IMG/VR virus record: IMGVR_UViG_3300026279_000196
Span: 1 to 26,431 of that record
Length of the DNA: 26,431 bases
From: a virus
Taxonomy: Duplodnaviria > Caudoviricetes
Strand: one strand, 5' to 3'
This document shows positions 17,069 to 25,527 of this stretch, one piece after another. The notes below the pieces were generated by a model. It made no database searches. It was given only the letters and a program-made list of their open reading frames with translations, and was not told the DNA's origin. Within the stretch, counting starts at the first letter, position 1, and every line of letters starts with the position of its first letter. Made by a program: the position numbers and the translations under genes.

Positions 17069-19658
17069 CGTTTGTTTGGTCAAATTTCTTATTGTCTTTG
17101 TCAAAAGTTATAGAACTACCACTAAACGATTCTTCTCCTGGGAATGTGATATCCGTTGGAAAAGCGAAGTTGGTCTTTAACATAAACCCAAAATCATCTT
17201 CATTTGCATTAGTACCACTTATCATTCCCAATAATGCTGTTGTACCATCTAGACTTGATCTAGTACCAGTGATTTTTAATTCATTTAATCTATTAAAAGT
17301 ATTACCAGTTGTACCATTGATACCACCTGATCTATTACCAGTGACACCATATGCCGTATTAGCCCATTTGTTTATTGAAGAAAATCTAGGACCACAATAT
17401 GCAAATCCTTGATTTATATTAATAGTATTAGGTGGTACACCTGTTCCTACTAATCTTCTTATTCTTAAATTTAATCTAACACCTATAGGAGCTCTTGTTA
17501 CAGTCACGTCTCTAGAGTTATTTGGATTAGGTTGTTGAGGGTTAACTGATACTGCTGAACCATCATCAACTGTTCCTGTTCTTCTACCAAATACAGTTTC
17601 AAATATTAATTTCATCATTGAAATCAACGGAGTACCAACTACACCAGTTGCGTAACCAGTTGCTACGCTAACTTGCATATTAATTCTGCTTTCTAAATCA
17701 ACTTGTCCTGTAAAATAAAAACCTGAAGTATGCATTGTTTTTTTAAATGCGTCTCTCCATAAATTAATTGAGTTACCTACTTTTAATACATAAGAAAAAT
17801 CTTGATAGTATAAACTATCTTGTACTTTCATTGTAGTTTCTGAAATATGTCCTTTTTCATTAGTAAATCTACCATCTGTATCTACAATTGATTGAACAGC
17901 TACAGTTGCTGAAGTGACATCTATTCTTTTAATAGTTGCACTACCTGAACTTGATGATACTGATTCGTCTGCTTGAAAAGTACCTGAAATTTCTTTTAAT
18001 TTTAAAATGTTTGTATCTGAACTCCAACCTGAAACTAATCCTGTTGCACCTGAAATAGCACCAGTTACCGTTTCTCCATTAAGAAAAGAACCACTAACTG
18101 TCATAACAAATAAATTGTTTACAAAAGATAATGTTGGTGGTGTAGGACTTTGATGATAATTAATACCTAAATTTGATGTTGTTATTCCTAAAACTTTTCC
18201 TATTTCTGTACCATATGCTAATACACTTGCACCTGATCCTAACGTAGATGTAACTGAAACAGTTGGTAAAGATTTATATCCATCACCACCGTTTGTTAAG
18301 TATATGTCTGTAATATCTCCTGTACCTGTGCCTGATTCAAAAACAATTTTATCTCCTGTTAAATGATCACCAGCAGATGTTTCGTCTTCTAAACATATAT
18401 GATCGCCATCTTCATTAGCAACAGCACCATTAACAACTGTAACCACACCAGCTGCATTTAAACCATATGTTCCTGTGTTAGTAAAAGTTAAAGTGTCTCC
18501 TATTTCATAACCTGATCCACCAGCGTCAACAAATATATCTGTTATTTTACCTGGACCAATATCACTAATTTGCATAGCAGCTTGTTCGCCACCACCTGTA
18601 ATTTTTATAAGATCGTCTGTTGTGTAAAGATTACCATCGTTAGTAATTGTTTTTTCTCCTGGTACACCTGTAATTGTAGCTAATATGTAATAATCAGATT
18701 GATCTGATTCTGTTCCTTCAATTACTTCATTTACTACAAAAGTACCTATGATAGTATCTTTGTTTATAGTAATTTCAGAAACAGCACTAGCGCCAATATA
18801 AAATTTTTCAACATTTTCTACTATTGCTGTTGCTTTAGATGTTCTTCCTTTTATTTGTCTACCTACTAAATTTAAAGGTTCGCCTTGTGAACCTAATACT
18901 CTTAAAACTGTTTGTGTATTCCAAGAACCGTCTGATACTTTCATCATTTGTGTTCTTGGATAAAATGTTTGAGAGTTATCGTTAAAAAGTATTCTAAAAA
19001 ATAATTCGTGACCTTTTTGTGTGCCTTTTAATTTATATAATGATTTAATATTCTTAATTAAGTTTCTTTTGTTTATTCCTGAAGATAAATTTTCTGGAAT
19101 AGTTTTAAAAAACTCGTCCCTAAAATTATTTAAGAAATCAGAAATAACTTTATCAGGATCCCTAAAATTTGTTAATTGTTGAATAGATTGAACAGGATTA
19201 GGTCTATATTTGTTAACAACTGCTTGAGCATTAGAAGTTTCTCCTAAAATAACTTCTCCAATTATAAATTTGTCTTGTGATGTTATGAATAATCTTCCAT
19301 TATCTAAATCTTCAGCTAATACAGTAGCAGTTGCTTTAGAAGTTTGTCCTGTTATAGTTTCTTTATATGTAAATTTACCATAGATACTATCTTCTAATAA
19401 TATTTTATCATTAAGGTCTAATTGTGTTTTTTCAGCGCCAAGTGATCCACCATCTAATACTAAATTGCTTTCTACGCCTGTTTGATTTTCTAAATTAATT
19501 CCGTCTGTAGTTTCAATAGAAGTGACTTGTAATTCACCAGCTTCCATAAATTGGTAGTAAGTTTTTAAAAATTCTACAAATTTTGGGTGATCATCAACTA
19601 CAAAATCTGGTAATTGTGTCGGTATTAAATTGGATATTTTATTATCAAACTTTGCCAT
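17064..19658 (-). CDS. gp7: Baseplate wedge initiator gp7-like
   Basis: QLPDFV..DHPKFVEFLKTYYQFME, LIKNIKSLY..KGT...ELFFRILF, QDSLYYQDFSYVLK, MHTSGFYFTG. Directly downstream of gp6. Confidence 0.8.
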   Translation of the reverse strand: MAKFDNKISNLIPTQLPDFVVDDHPKFVEFLKTYYQFMEAGELQVTSIETTDGINLENQTGVESNLVLDGGSLGAEKTQLDLNDKILLEDSIYGKFTYKETITGQTSKATATVLAEDLDNGRLFITSQDKFIIGEVILGETSNAQAVVNKYRPNPVQSIQQLTNFRDPDKVISDFLNNFRDEFFKTIPENLSSGINKRNLIKNIKSLYKLKGTQKGHELFFRILFNDNSQTFYPRTQMMKVSDGSWNTQTVLRVLGSQGEPLNLVGRQIKGRTSKATAIVENVEKFYIGASAVSEITINKDTIIGTFVVNEVIEGTESDQSDYYILATITGVPGEKTITNDGNLYTTDDLIKITGGGEQAAMQISDIGPGKITDIFVDAGGSGYEIGDTLTFTNTGTYGLNAAGVVTVVNGAVANEDGDHICLEDETSAGDHLTGDKIVFESGTGTGDITDIYLTNGGDGYKSLPTVSVTSTLGSGASVLAYGTEIGKVLGITTSNLGINYHQSPTPPTLSFVNNLFVMTVSGSFLNGETVTGAISGATGLVSGWSSDTNILKLKEISGTFQADESVSSSSGSATIKRIDVTSATVAVQSIVDTDGRFTNEKGHISETTMKVQDSLYYQDFSYVLKVGNSINLWRDAFKKTMHTSGFYFTGQVDLESRINMQVSVATGYATGVVGTPLISMMKLIFETVFGRRTGTVDDGSAVSVNPQQPNPNNSRDVTVTRAPIGVRLNLRIRRLVGTGVPPNTININQGFAYCGPRFSSINKWANTAYGVTGNRSGGINGTTGNTFNRLNELKITGTRSSLDGTTALLGMISGTNANEDDFGFMLKTNFAFPTDITFPGEESFSGSSITFDKDNKKFDQTNV

Positions 19659-19663
19659 TGTTA

Positions 19664-21505
19664 TTAATGACTTGTTGTTGTATTGTAGCCTACTCCAGCT
19701 TCAGATGAACCACCAACAAATGTATCTTCCTCTACAGTTATGTTTGACGTTGCAACGTCTATTTCTATAATTTGATCTCTTACAGGAACAATATCGTTTG
19801 AATTTGGCTTAACTGTAATCTCAATAACGTTAGATGATTCATTTCTTATATTAGATATAGAAGCTATGTTCAATGAATTTAGAGTTACCTGACCTGTTTC
19901 GTAATTAATAGTACCTTGTGTGTTGTTAGCATATGTTTTAACACCACTTACTAGATAATATCTTCTAACATTACCATTACTATCATCATCTAAAAACATT
20001 TCGTAATTACTACCTGAAACTTTGAAACCTGTTGATGATAAAACAGATGAATGACCTGAATGTGGATTGTATACTGCATTTCTAAAATAAATATCGTATT
20101 TTGTTGAAGACGCAATAGTAGGTGTAAAATTCTTTCTCATATTAAGAGTTGTGATGTTAGATAATATACTTGTATCAACATCATCTATTAAACCTGTTAA
20201 TTTAGAAAATCTGAATACACCATCAAACTTTTGTAAAGTAGTTGTATTGTAATTTGTTATCGCTTCTATTATTTCTGACTTTAAAGTGTCTGCTGATTTA
20301 CTTGTACCTTTTTTATCGTACTTAGCAACACTTGATAGTACAAGTGATGTTGTTTCTGGATCAATAATTTGAGGTCTAACTGAAGCTACGTTGTAAGGTA
20401 TTAAACCTTTAACAATAGACGCTTTAGTTGCCTCTGTTAGAGTTGAACCTGAAGCAGCCTTAATAGAAATTTTTACCACACCATAAACTGGCGTTTCATC
20501 ATCTTCTCCTCCCCAAGCACTAACTGATAATGCATTAGGATATAAAGTCTTAACAATTGATTCATAATCTGTTGCTGTGACTGCTCTATCTTGTGATGTA
20601 TATTGTAAAGGCGCATTAAATCTAATAGACTCTTTTGTTTCAGCCTCGCCTCCGCCTTGAGCGTTTGATTTTGTTGTTATAGTCACATTAGTAAAACCAC
20701 CAATGTTTGACCCTAACTCAAAAGAAGAAGCTCCGTTAGCCTCATCTTTGTTTGTGACAATATATTCTAATATAACTATATTGCCATCTTCTAATTTGTT
20801 ACCAATAACACCATCGCCAAAGTAAACTTCAAATTTACCATTATCTGTTTCTTGTAAGAAATAAACTTTAGATGTATTATCTAAATTTCTTAAACCTGTA
20901 GCTAGTGTGTATGTATTTGTTGTTGAATCTGATATAGAGCTTTGAACTGTTACTTTTAAAGTAGCAGTATCAGCTTCTAAATTTTTTATTAGGAATTTTT
21001 GATCTGTATCTGCACTATCAACTGTATATTTGAAAGTGACTAAAGTACCTTCGTATAAATTAACTCCTGAAAACTTGTAAACACCATCTACTGGTGTAAT
21101 TGTAATATCTTCGTTAGTAAGAAAGTTATATCCTGTTCCATCTACTGTAGTTGTAAACGTTGTACCTTTATTCATCAATATACTTGAGCCTGAAGCGTTG
21201 TTAACTAAAATATCTACTTCAGCCATTGGCGCTTTAACACTTGATGGTGTATAACCAATTGCTTTAGCTAATGCGACTACATTTTTTCTTATGTCAGCAG
21301 AATCTAAATAAGATTCATTTACAAACATGTTGGCATTGAAACCAAGATAATGTGTATTGTATGCTAATGTATCTAAAAGAACGGCAAAGCCTGATCCTTC
21401 AAAATTATAGTCTGAAAATTCTGGTTGATTTTGTAAGAATGTTTTTAAGTTTGCTTTGATGTTGTCAAAGTCAAAATCTGATACTACGAGTTTATTACTT
21501 GCCAT
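19664..21505 (-). CDS. gp6: Baseplate wedge subunit gp6
   Basis: DFDNIKANLK.FL..Q.EFSDYNFEGSG..LLD.LAYNTHY, QDRAVTATDY, AWGGED. Confidence 0.95.
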   Translation of the reverse strand: MASNKLVVSDFDFDNIKANLKTFLQNQPEFSDYNFEGSGFAVLLDTLAYNTHYLGFNANMFVNESYLDSADIRKNVVALAKAIGYTPSSVKAPMAEVDILVNNASGSSILMNKGTTFTTTVDGTGYNFLTNEDITITPVDGVYKFSGVNLYEGTLVTFKYTVDSADTDQKFLIKNLEADTATLKVTVQSSISDSTTNTYTLATGLRNLDNTSKVYFLQETDNGKFEVYFGDGVIGNKLEDGNIVILEYIVTNKDEANGASSFELGSNIGGFTNVTITTKSNAQGGGEAETKESIRFNAPLQYTSQDRAVTATDYESIVKTLYPNALSVSAWGGEDDETPVYGVVKISIKAASGSTLTEATKASIVKGLIPYNVASVRPQIIDPETTSLVLSSVAKYDKKGTSKSADTLKSEIIEAITNYNTTTLQKFDGVFRFSKLTGLIDDVDTSILSNITTLNMRKNFTPTIASSTKYDIYFRNAVYNPHSGHSSVLSSTGFKVSGSNYEMFLDDDSNGNVRRYYLVSGVKTYANNTQGTINYETGQVTLNSLNIASISNIRNESSNVIEITVKPNSNDIVPVRDQIIEIDVATSNITVEEDTFVGGSSEAGVGYNTTTSH

Positions 21506-21506
21506 T

Positions 21507-21932
21507 TTATCTTAATCTTTCTAAAAATGTTTCTACTGTTACCGGCTCCATTGAACCTATAACGTAAAACATGATTGTTAAGTGATAACTATTTCTATCA
21601 ATATCTGGTCTAGCTAAAATTTGTACTAATTTAATTCTAGGCTCAAAATTATCAAGAACTTCGTTAACCTTTCTTTGTAAGTTAAGCGCTGTAAGAGGTG
21701 TCATTGGTTCAAATAACATTCTTCTAACATCACTACCAATTTCTGGATGAAAAGGTCTCTCAAAGTGAGAAGTTTGTATTAAATTTCTAACACTTCTCTT
21801 AACGGCCTCTACATCACTCAATTTGTTAACATCATTAGTAACAGGATTACGACCAAAATTCAAATCCAAGTCTTTATAGATTCTATTTGCTCTTTTACTA
21901 TCGTTTGTGTTGCTACTATCAAAATTTGGCAT
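21507..21932 (-). CDS. gp25: Baseplate wedge subunit gp25
   Basis: YKDLDLNF, AVKRSVRNLIQT...ERPFHPEIGS, FEPRI, C-terminal LERLR. Confidence 0.95.
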   Translation of the reverse strand: MPNFDSSNTNDSKRANRIYKDLDLNFGRNPVTNDVNKLSDVEAVKRSVRNLIQTSHFERPFHPEIGSDVRRMLFEPMTPLTALNLQRKVNEVLDNFEPRIKLVQILARPDIDRNSYHLTIMFYVIGSMEPVTVETFLERLR

Positions 21933-21940
21933 TACGTATA

Positions 21941-21948
21941 TATTTATA
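21941..21948 (-). promoter_or_regulatory. T4 late promoter TATAAATA
   Basis: Exact consensus, 8 nt upstream of the gp25 ATG, with no SD in between. Confidence 0.85.
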
Positions 21949-21960
21949 CGCTAATTAGGA

Positions 21961-22260
21961 TTAACCTGAAAAAACATTACCAGAGCCTGCAGTCATAGCT
22001 CCATCGTCTGTACTATCACCAATTCTTGCAATAGGACTACCACATACTGAAACCGTTGAACTACCAACATTAACATTTGCAACGTGGTCAGCACAAGGTG
22101 GCGCCGGCGGGTAAGGGTGGGGAACTGTAGGGTCACCCACTCTCGCAATTAAGATACTATTTGCTCTAACAGTAGATTGACCAGGCGTATCAAGTATAGT
22201 TGTGCCGACACATATGTGTCCTGTACTTAAACTATCACCTTTTCTACTTACTGCTGGCAC
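21961..22260 (-). CDS. PAAR-repeat spike tip protein (T4 gp5.4-like)
   Basis: PAVSRKGD, IARVGD and PIARIGD repeats, His/Cys metal ligands, C-terminal GSGNVF. Confidence 0.93.
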   Translation of the reverse strand: MPAVSRKGDSLSTGHICVGTTILDTPGQSTVRANSILIARVGDPTVPHPYPPAPPCADHVANVNVGSSTVSVCGSPIARIGDSTDDGAMTAGSGNVFSG

Positions 22261-22514
22261 TATCTAGCCTCTCTAGCCGCTTTTTCAGCTGCTCTTCGTT
22301 TATCTTTTAATATTCCTTCTCTTATTTTTCTGCCTATAGGTAATTTTATTGTAGTTTCAATTTTTTTACCTTTTTTACTGATAAATTCAACTCCTATAAA
22401 CTGATCCTTAAAATCTCCTTGAACTGACATTACTGCCTTTTTCAAACTCATCGATTCTTTCTCTTTTTCGTCTCCTGCTTCATTCCAAAACTTAAATATT
22501 CTCATTTTACTCAT
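22260..22514 (-). CDS. Hypothetical basic protein
   Basis: 84-aa ORF with GAGG RBS. Its stop overlaps the GTG start of the PAAR gene. Confidence 0.75.
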   Translation of the reverse strand: MSKMRIFKFWNEAGDEKEKESMSLKKAVMSVQGDFKDQFIGVEFISKKGKKIETTIKLPIGRKIREGILKDKRRAAEKAAREAR

Positions 22515-22516
22515 AA

Positions 22517-22657
22517 TTATTCCTCTTTTTCATTTTTTTCAGTGTTTTCCTCATGTCTACAATGTTTGCAACACAAAGTATCGCCTCCTTCATCATATTT
22601 TTGCCAACAAATCTTGTCACAATGACAGGAATGTCCACAATTCATACAATAAGTCAT
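22517..22657 (-). CDS. 46-aa Cys/His-rich peptide (not in ORF track): MTYCMNCGHSCHCDKICWQKYDEGGDTLCCKHCRHEENTEKNEKEE
   Basis: Translated by hand. 8 Cys and 4 His, fills the gap between neighbouring genes, preceded by AAGGATAAATA. Confidence 0.8.
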   Translation of the reverse strand: MTYCMNCGHSCHCDKICWQKYDEGGDTLCCKHCRHEENTEKNEKEE

Positions 22658-22662
22658 AGAAA

Positions 22663-22670
22663 TATTTATC
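22663..22670 (-). promoter_or_regulatory. T4-type late promoter variant GATAAATA
   Basis: Intergenic, 5 nt upstream of the ATG at 22657. Confidence 0.6.
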
Positions 22671-22671
22671 C

Positions 22672-22863
22672 TTAATATTTACAAGCTATTTGAGCATTTC
22701 TTAGCTCAGTTTCCATTAAATTTTCTGCATTTTCACTTGCTGATTCGACAATTTTTTCGTAATCCGGCACAATTTTGCAATCCTTAACATTTTTTACACA
22801 AGAAACGAGAACAAAAAGCGAACACAGCAGTAAAATCGTGATTTTTTTTCTATTTTGAAGCAT
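22672..22863 (-). CDS. Small lipoprotein (63 aa; start reassigned to 22863)
   Basis: MLQNRKK basic n-region, hydrophobic ITILLLCSLFV, lipobox LVS-C. The track's start at 22923 runs through a promoter region. Confidence 0.68.
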   Translation of the reverse strand: MLQNRKKITILLLCSLFVLVSCVKNVKDCKIVPDYEKIVESASENAENLMETELRNAQIACKY

Positions 22864-22870
22864 TATTTTG

Positions 22871-22899
22871 TTGACTTTTCTATATTTATCTGGTATAGT
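22871..22899 (+). promoter_or_regulatory. Sigma70-type early promoter
   Basis: TTGACT (22871-76), 17-bp spacer, TATAGT (22894-99) with extended -10 TG and AT-rich upstream sequence. Precedes three + strand genes. Confidence 0.85.
22883..22890 (-). promoter_or_regulatory. Late promoter variant GATAAATA inside the spacer of the early promoter
   Basis: 19 nt upstream of the lipoprotein ATG at 22863. Confidence 0.5.
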
Positions 22900-22934
22900 G
22901 GACCAATAAAATGAAAAAAACAAAAGGAAACACT

Positions 22935-23117
22935 ATGAAAAAAATAACAGAATATATGACAATATTTTGTGCTGTTGTTGGTACTTTATCAATGATTAGC
23001 GCTGTTGGTCATGTAGAAGCAGACAAATGGTTAGGCGCTGGTGTTGCAAGTTTATTAGGAATTGCAATGTTTATACTATCGCTTTATTCACAAGAACTAT
23101 ACAAGGAGGGAAAATAA
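22935..23117 (+). CDS. Small two-helix membrane protein (early; start reassigned to 22935)
   Basis: AAGGA RBS 6 nt before the ATG. Two hydrophobic stretches separated by HVEADKW. Confidence 0.72.
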   Translation: MKKITEYMTIFCAVVGTLSMISAVGHVEADKWLGAGVASLLGIAMFILSLYSQELYKEGK

Positions 23118-23503
23118 TGACATTAGTTGTAAATAACGCAAAATCATTAGACGAAGGAGTTAAGAATTTAATGGCTGGTGCAAAAGCTGATTATGTTTCT
23201 TGGACTACTAATAGTAAAACAGGCGAAGTTTCTGAATATTCTAAAGAAGAAATCGCAAATTGGGATAGTAAAACATCTATAAGACCTGGTAAAAAGTACA
23301 TTAAGATTGTACAAGATACTGGTGTTTTTGCTTTTATAGTAAAAGAAGATTTTAAACACTTTAAAAAAGGTGACATATTAAAAGCGGCTGGTTTTAATGC
23401 TCCTGCTTTAAACAGAGCTAGAGGTAATGTACTTGACGGTAATTACCATGTTAAATGGACTGGTCCTTTGTATATGGATTCACAATCAAGATTGAGAGGA
23501 TAA
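23117..23503 (+). CDS. Conserved phage early protein of unknown function (start reassigned to 23117)
   Basis: TAATG stop/start overlap and AGGAGG RBS. Motif GKKYIKIV...GDILKAAGxNAPA...RGNV..WTGP.Y resembles a widespread phage hypothetical family. Confidence 0.8.
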   Translation: MTLVVNNAKSLDEGVKNLMAGAKADYVSWTTNSKTGEVSEYSKEEIANWDSKTSIRPGKKYIKIVQDTGVFAFIVKEDFKHFKKGDILKAAGFNAPALNRARGNVLDGNYHVKWTGPLYMDSQSRLRG

Positions 23504-23505
23504 TT

Positions 23506-23811
23506 ATGACAAAAAAATATAATAAATCAAAAAGAGTATTTGAAAAGATCGTTAATCCGTTATTACTTAAACATATGTTAGACCCATTTAAATATCAAGG
23601 GTCTTGTATAGCGGCTGGTATACCAATTAAATATTTAAAGTATTTTAAAATGGTGTCTGCACAAAAAAATGCTAAAAAAGTGAGATACAGATATAGAGGA
23701 GTTTCAAAACCGAACTATAAAAGACCTCAATCTTTTTGTCATATGTATGGTGCTGATACGTTTAGTTTGTATTACAGAAATCCAAACAATAATTATTTTA
23801 GATATAGTTAA
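23506..23811 (+). CDS. Basic hypothetical protein (early; start reassigned to 23506)
   Basis: GAGAGGA RBS, Lys/Arg/Tyr-rich, RYRYRG motif. Confidence 0.72.
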   Translation: MTKKYNKSKRVFEKIVNPLLLKHMLDPFKYQGSCIAAGIPIKYLKYFKMVSAQKNAKKVRYRYRGVSKPNYKRPQSFCHMYGADTFSLYYRNPNNNYFRYS

Positions 23812-24257
23812 TCTTTATTTTTTAGATTAACATTATTACCCATAATATTATGGGCAGAGATACGTTTTCTTAAATCAGTGGTGGAGAACCTATGTTCTCT
23901 TTTATTGTAAACTATCTTTATGTGTTTCTTAACGCATATATCTTTACCAGTAAAATTCTTACCTTGATATTCTTCTCCAATAATTCTAATTGATATATTA
24001 TACATGTTTAGTATATCTTCTAAATCTTCTTCCGTCTGATAAGGTATTACCTCATCAACATATTTTATAGCATTAAGTTGTATACTTCTCTCTACCAATG
24101 ATTGTATCGGTTTGTTTTTTGTTTCTGGTCTATCTATAGTTGGATCGGTTTGTAATCCAACAATTAAGTAATCGCATTCTTCTCTTGCGTCTTTCAACAT
24201 CTGTACATGACCAGCATGTAATAAATCAAAAGCACTACACGTAAATCCTACTTTCAT
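23808..24257 (-). CDS. Cytidylyltransferase, TagD-like (glycerol-3-phosphate or related polyol/sugar phosphate)
   Basis: FDLLHAGH (HxGH), LIVGLQTD, KYVDEV, C-terminal R.H.FSTT.LR. Confidence 0.9.
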   Translation of the reverse strand: MKVGFTCSAFDLLHAGHVQMLKDAREECDYLIVGLQTDPTIDRPETKNKPIQSLVERSIQLNAIKYVDEVIPYQTEEDLEDILNMYNISIRIIGEEYQGKNFTGKDICVKKHIKIVYNKREHRFSTTDLRKRISAHNIMGNNVNLKNKD

Positions 24258-25141
24258 TTTTTCTCCTTTTCTTGCACTCTCTGACTATTAAATCCGTGCA
24301 ATTGTATATAGTTAGCAAGCCACTCATGGCCTTTTTTGTTTGGGTGTGGATTGCTTTTAGAAATAACATAGTCATAATTAATTGTTCCTTTTGGTGCTAT
24401 ACCAACAGGTTTACCATATCTATCGTAAAAGTATACCATTTGATCATAATCTCTATTATGAGGATTAAACGTTGAGGCAGGTAAATTATTAGCTAATCTA
24501 TCTTCTACTCCCCAATCTTTGTGTAATTGTAAATCTCCTACAACAAAACCATTTTCTTCATTGAATATAGGCCAACCAATAAAGTTTCTCATGTGTTTAT
24601 ATTGTGGTGAGTTTTTAATTACTTCTATACATTCGTCTCTTATCTTTTCATAATTACCACCTTGATCTTTAAATTCATATTCATAGATATGATCTACAAA
24701 TAAAGAAATCATTTGAAAATGTCTATATGGTATTCTATGTTGTTCCATTAAATTCTGAAAGGCATACATGTACCTTAAACTATCTAATATCCAACCTCTT
24801 ATATCTCCATACATATTAGGTTTTGTGTCAGCCCAATCTAATCTTTTCTTTTGCCAATTAGCTCTTTGACATTTTGACCAGGCTGCAATACATAAACCTA
24901 TTTCTTTTGGATCGTTTTCTAAAACATAATCTTGTATAGATGAATAAATGTATTTTTGACCTGCACCATTTTTTCCTAATGGTACTAAATCCATATTTAA
25001 TTTATCTGCTAGTATTTCCGGCCATGTAGGAAAAGGTTCAGTCCATAGATGTTCTTCTCCATCCCCATTAGTCGCATTTATGGTATCCACATAGTTAACA
25101 TCCGTAAAACTACAACCAGATACTAAAAGTTTTTTTCTCAT
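24254..25141 (-). CDS. SGNH/GDSL-like hydrolase or acyltransferase
   Basis: N-terminal LLVSGCSFT (block I), WPEILA..L, GKNGAG (block II), C-terminal HPNKKGH (block V). Confidence 0.68.
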   Translation of the reverse strand: MRKKLLVSGCSFTDVNYVDTINATNGDGEEHLWTEPFPTWPEILADKLNMDLVPLGKNGAGQKYIYSSIQDYVLENDPKEIGLCIAAWSKCQRANWQKKRLDWADTKPNMYGDIRGWILDSLRYMYAFQNLMEQHRIPYRHFQMISLFVDHIYEYEFKDQGGNYEKIRDECIEVIKNSPQYKHMRNFIGWPIFNEENGFVVGDLQLHKDWGVEDRLANNLPASTFNPHNRDYDQMVYFYDRYGKPVGIAPKGTINYDYVISKSNPHPNKKGHEWLANYIQLHGFNSQRVQEKEKK

Positions 25142-25527
25142 TATTTTTTCTCTACGTGTTTGGTTTCTCCCTTTTCAGTATCTACCCATTCTACAACTTG
25201 TGTATATTTTTTTTGTTTTGCACAAGTAGTCCTACATGCATTAGGTCCTATATTCTTTGATAGATTATCTGCAAATTCTTTCCACTCTTTTGATTTTAAT
25301 ATATCTTCAATACTATTGTTTTCATTTATAATAGATACTTTTAAAAATTGTTGCATTCTAGGATCGTTCATGGTGTGTGGATCGTCCATTCTACAACAAG
25401 GTATTAATACACCTTTATTTGTCACTGCTAAAGCAATGGCGTCTTTAAAACATAATGGATCTAATTCAATATCTCCTTCAGCCCATTGTGATTGTCCACC
25501 TAAATGATTATCGGTAACATTAGTCAT
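25141..25527 (-). CDS. Stand-alone SPASM/twitch-type Fe-S domain protein
   Basis: PLC...GVLIPCC...IEDILKSKEW...CRTTC, with its own AGGAG RBS. Confidence 0.72.
   Translation of the reverse strand: MTNVTDNHLGGQSQWAEGDIELDPLCFKDAIALAVTNKGVLIPCCRMDDPHTMNDPRMQQFLKVSIINENNSIEDILKSKEWKEFADNLSKNIGPNACRTTCAKQKKYTQVVEWVDTEKGETKHVEKK

Noticed and set aside
9448-17412. Plus-strand ORFs 9448, 9964, 10408, 12421, 16333, 16606 and 16993
   Set aside because: Antisense shadows of well-supported structural genes, with no recognisable motifs; explained by codon bias on the coding strand.
22864-23505. Track start sites 22923 (-), 22911, 23027 and 23455 (+)
   Set aside because: Downstream ATGs (22863, 22935, 23117, 23506) fit RBS, signal-peptide and gene-coupling evidence better.
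23168-25507. ORFs 23168, 23191, 24272 and 25160
   Set aside because: Antisense or off-frame overlaps of better-supported genes.
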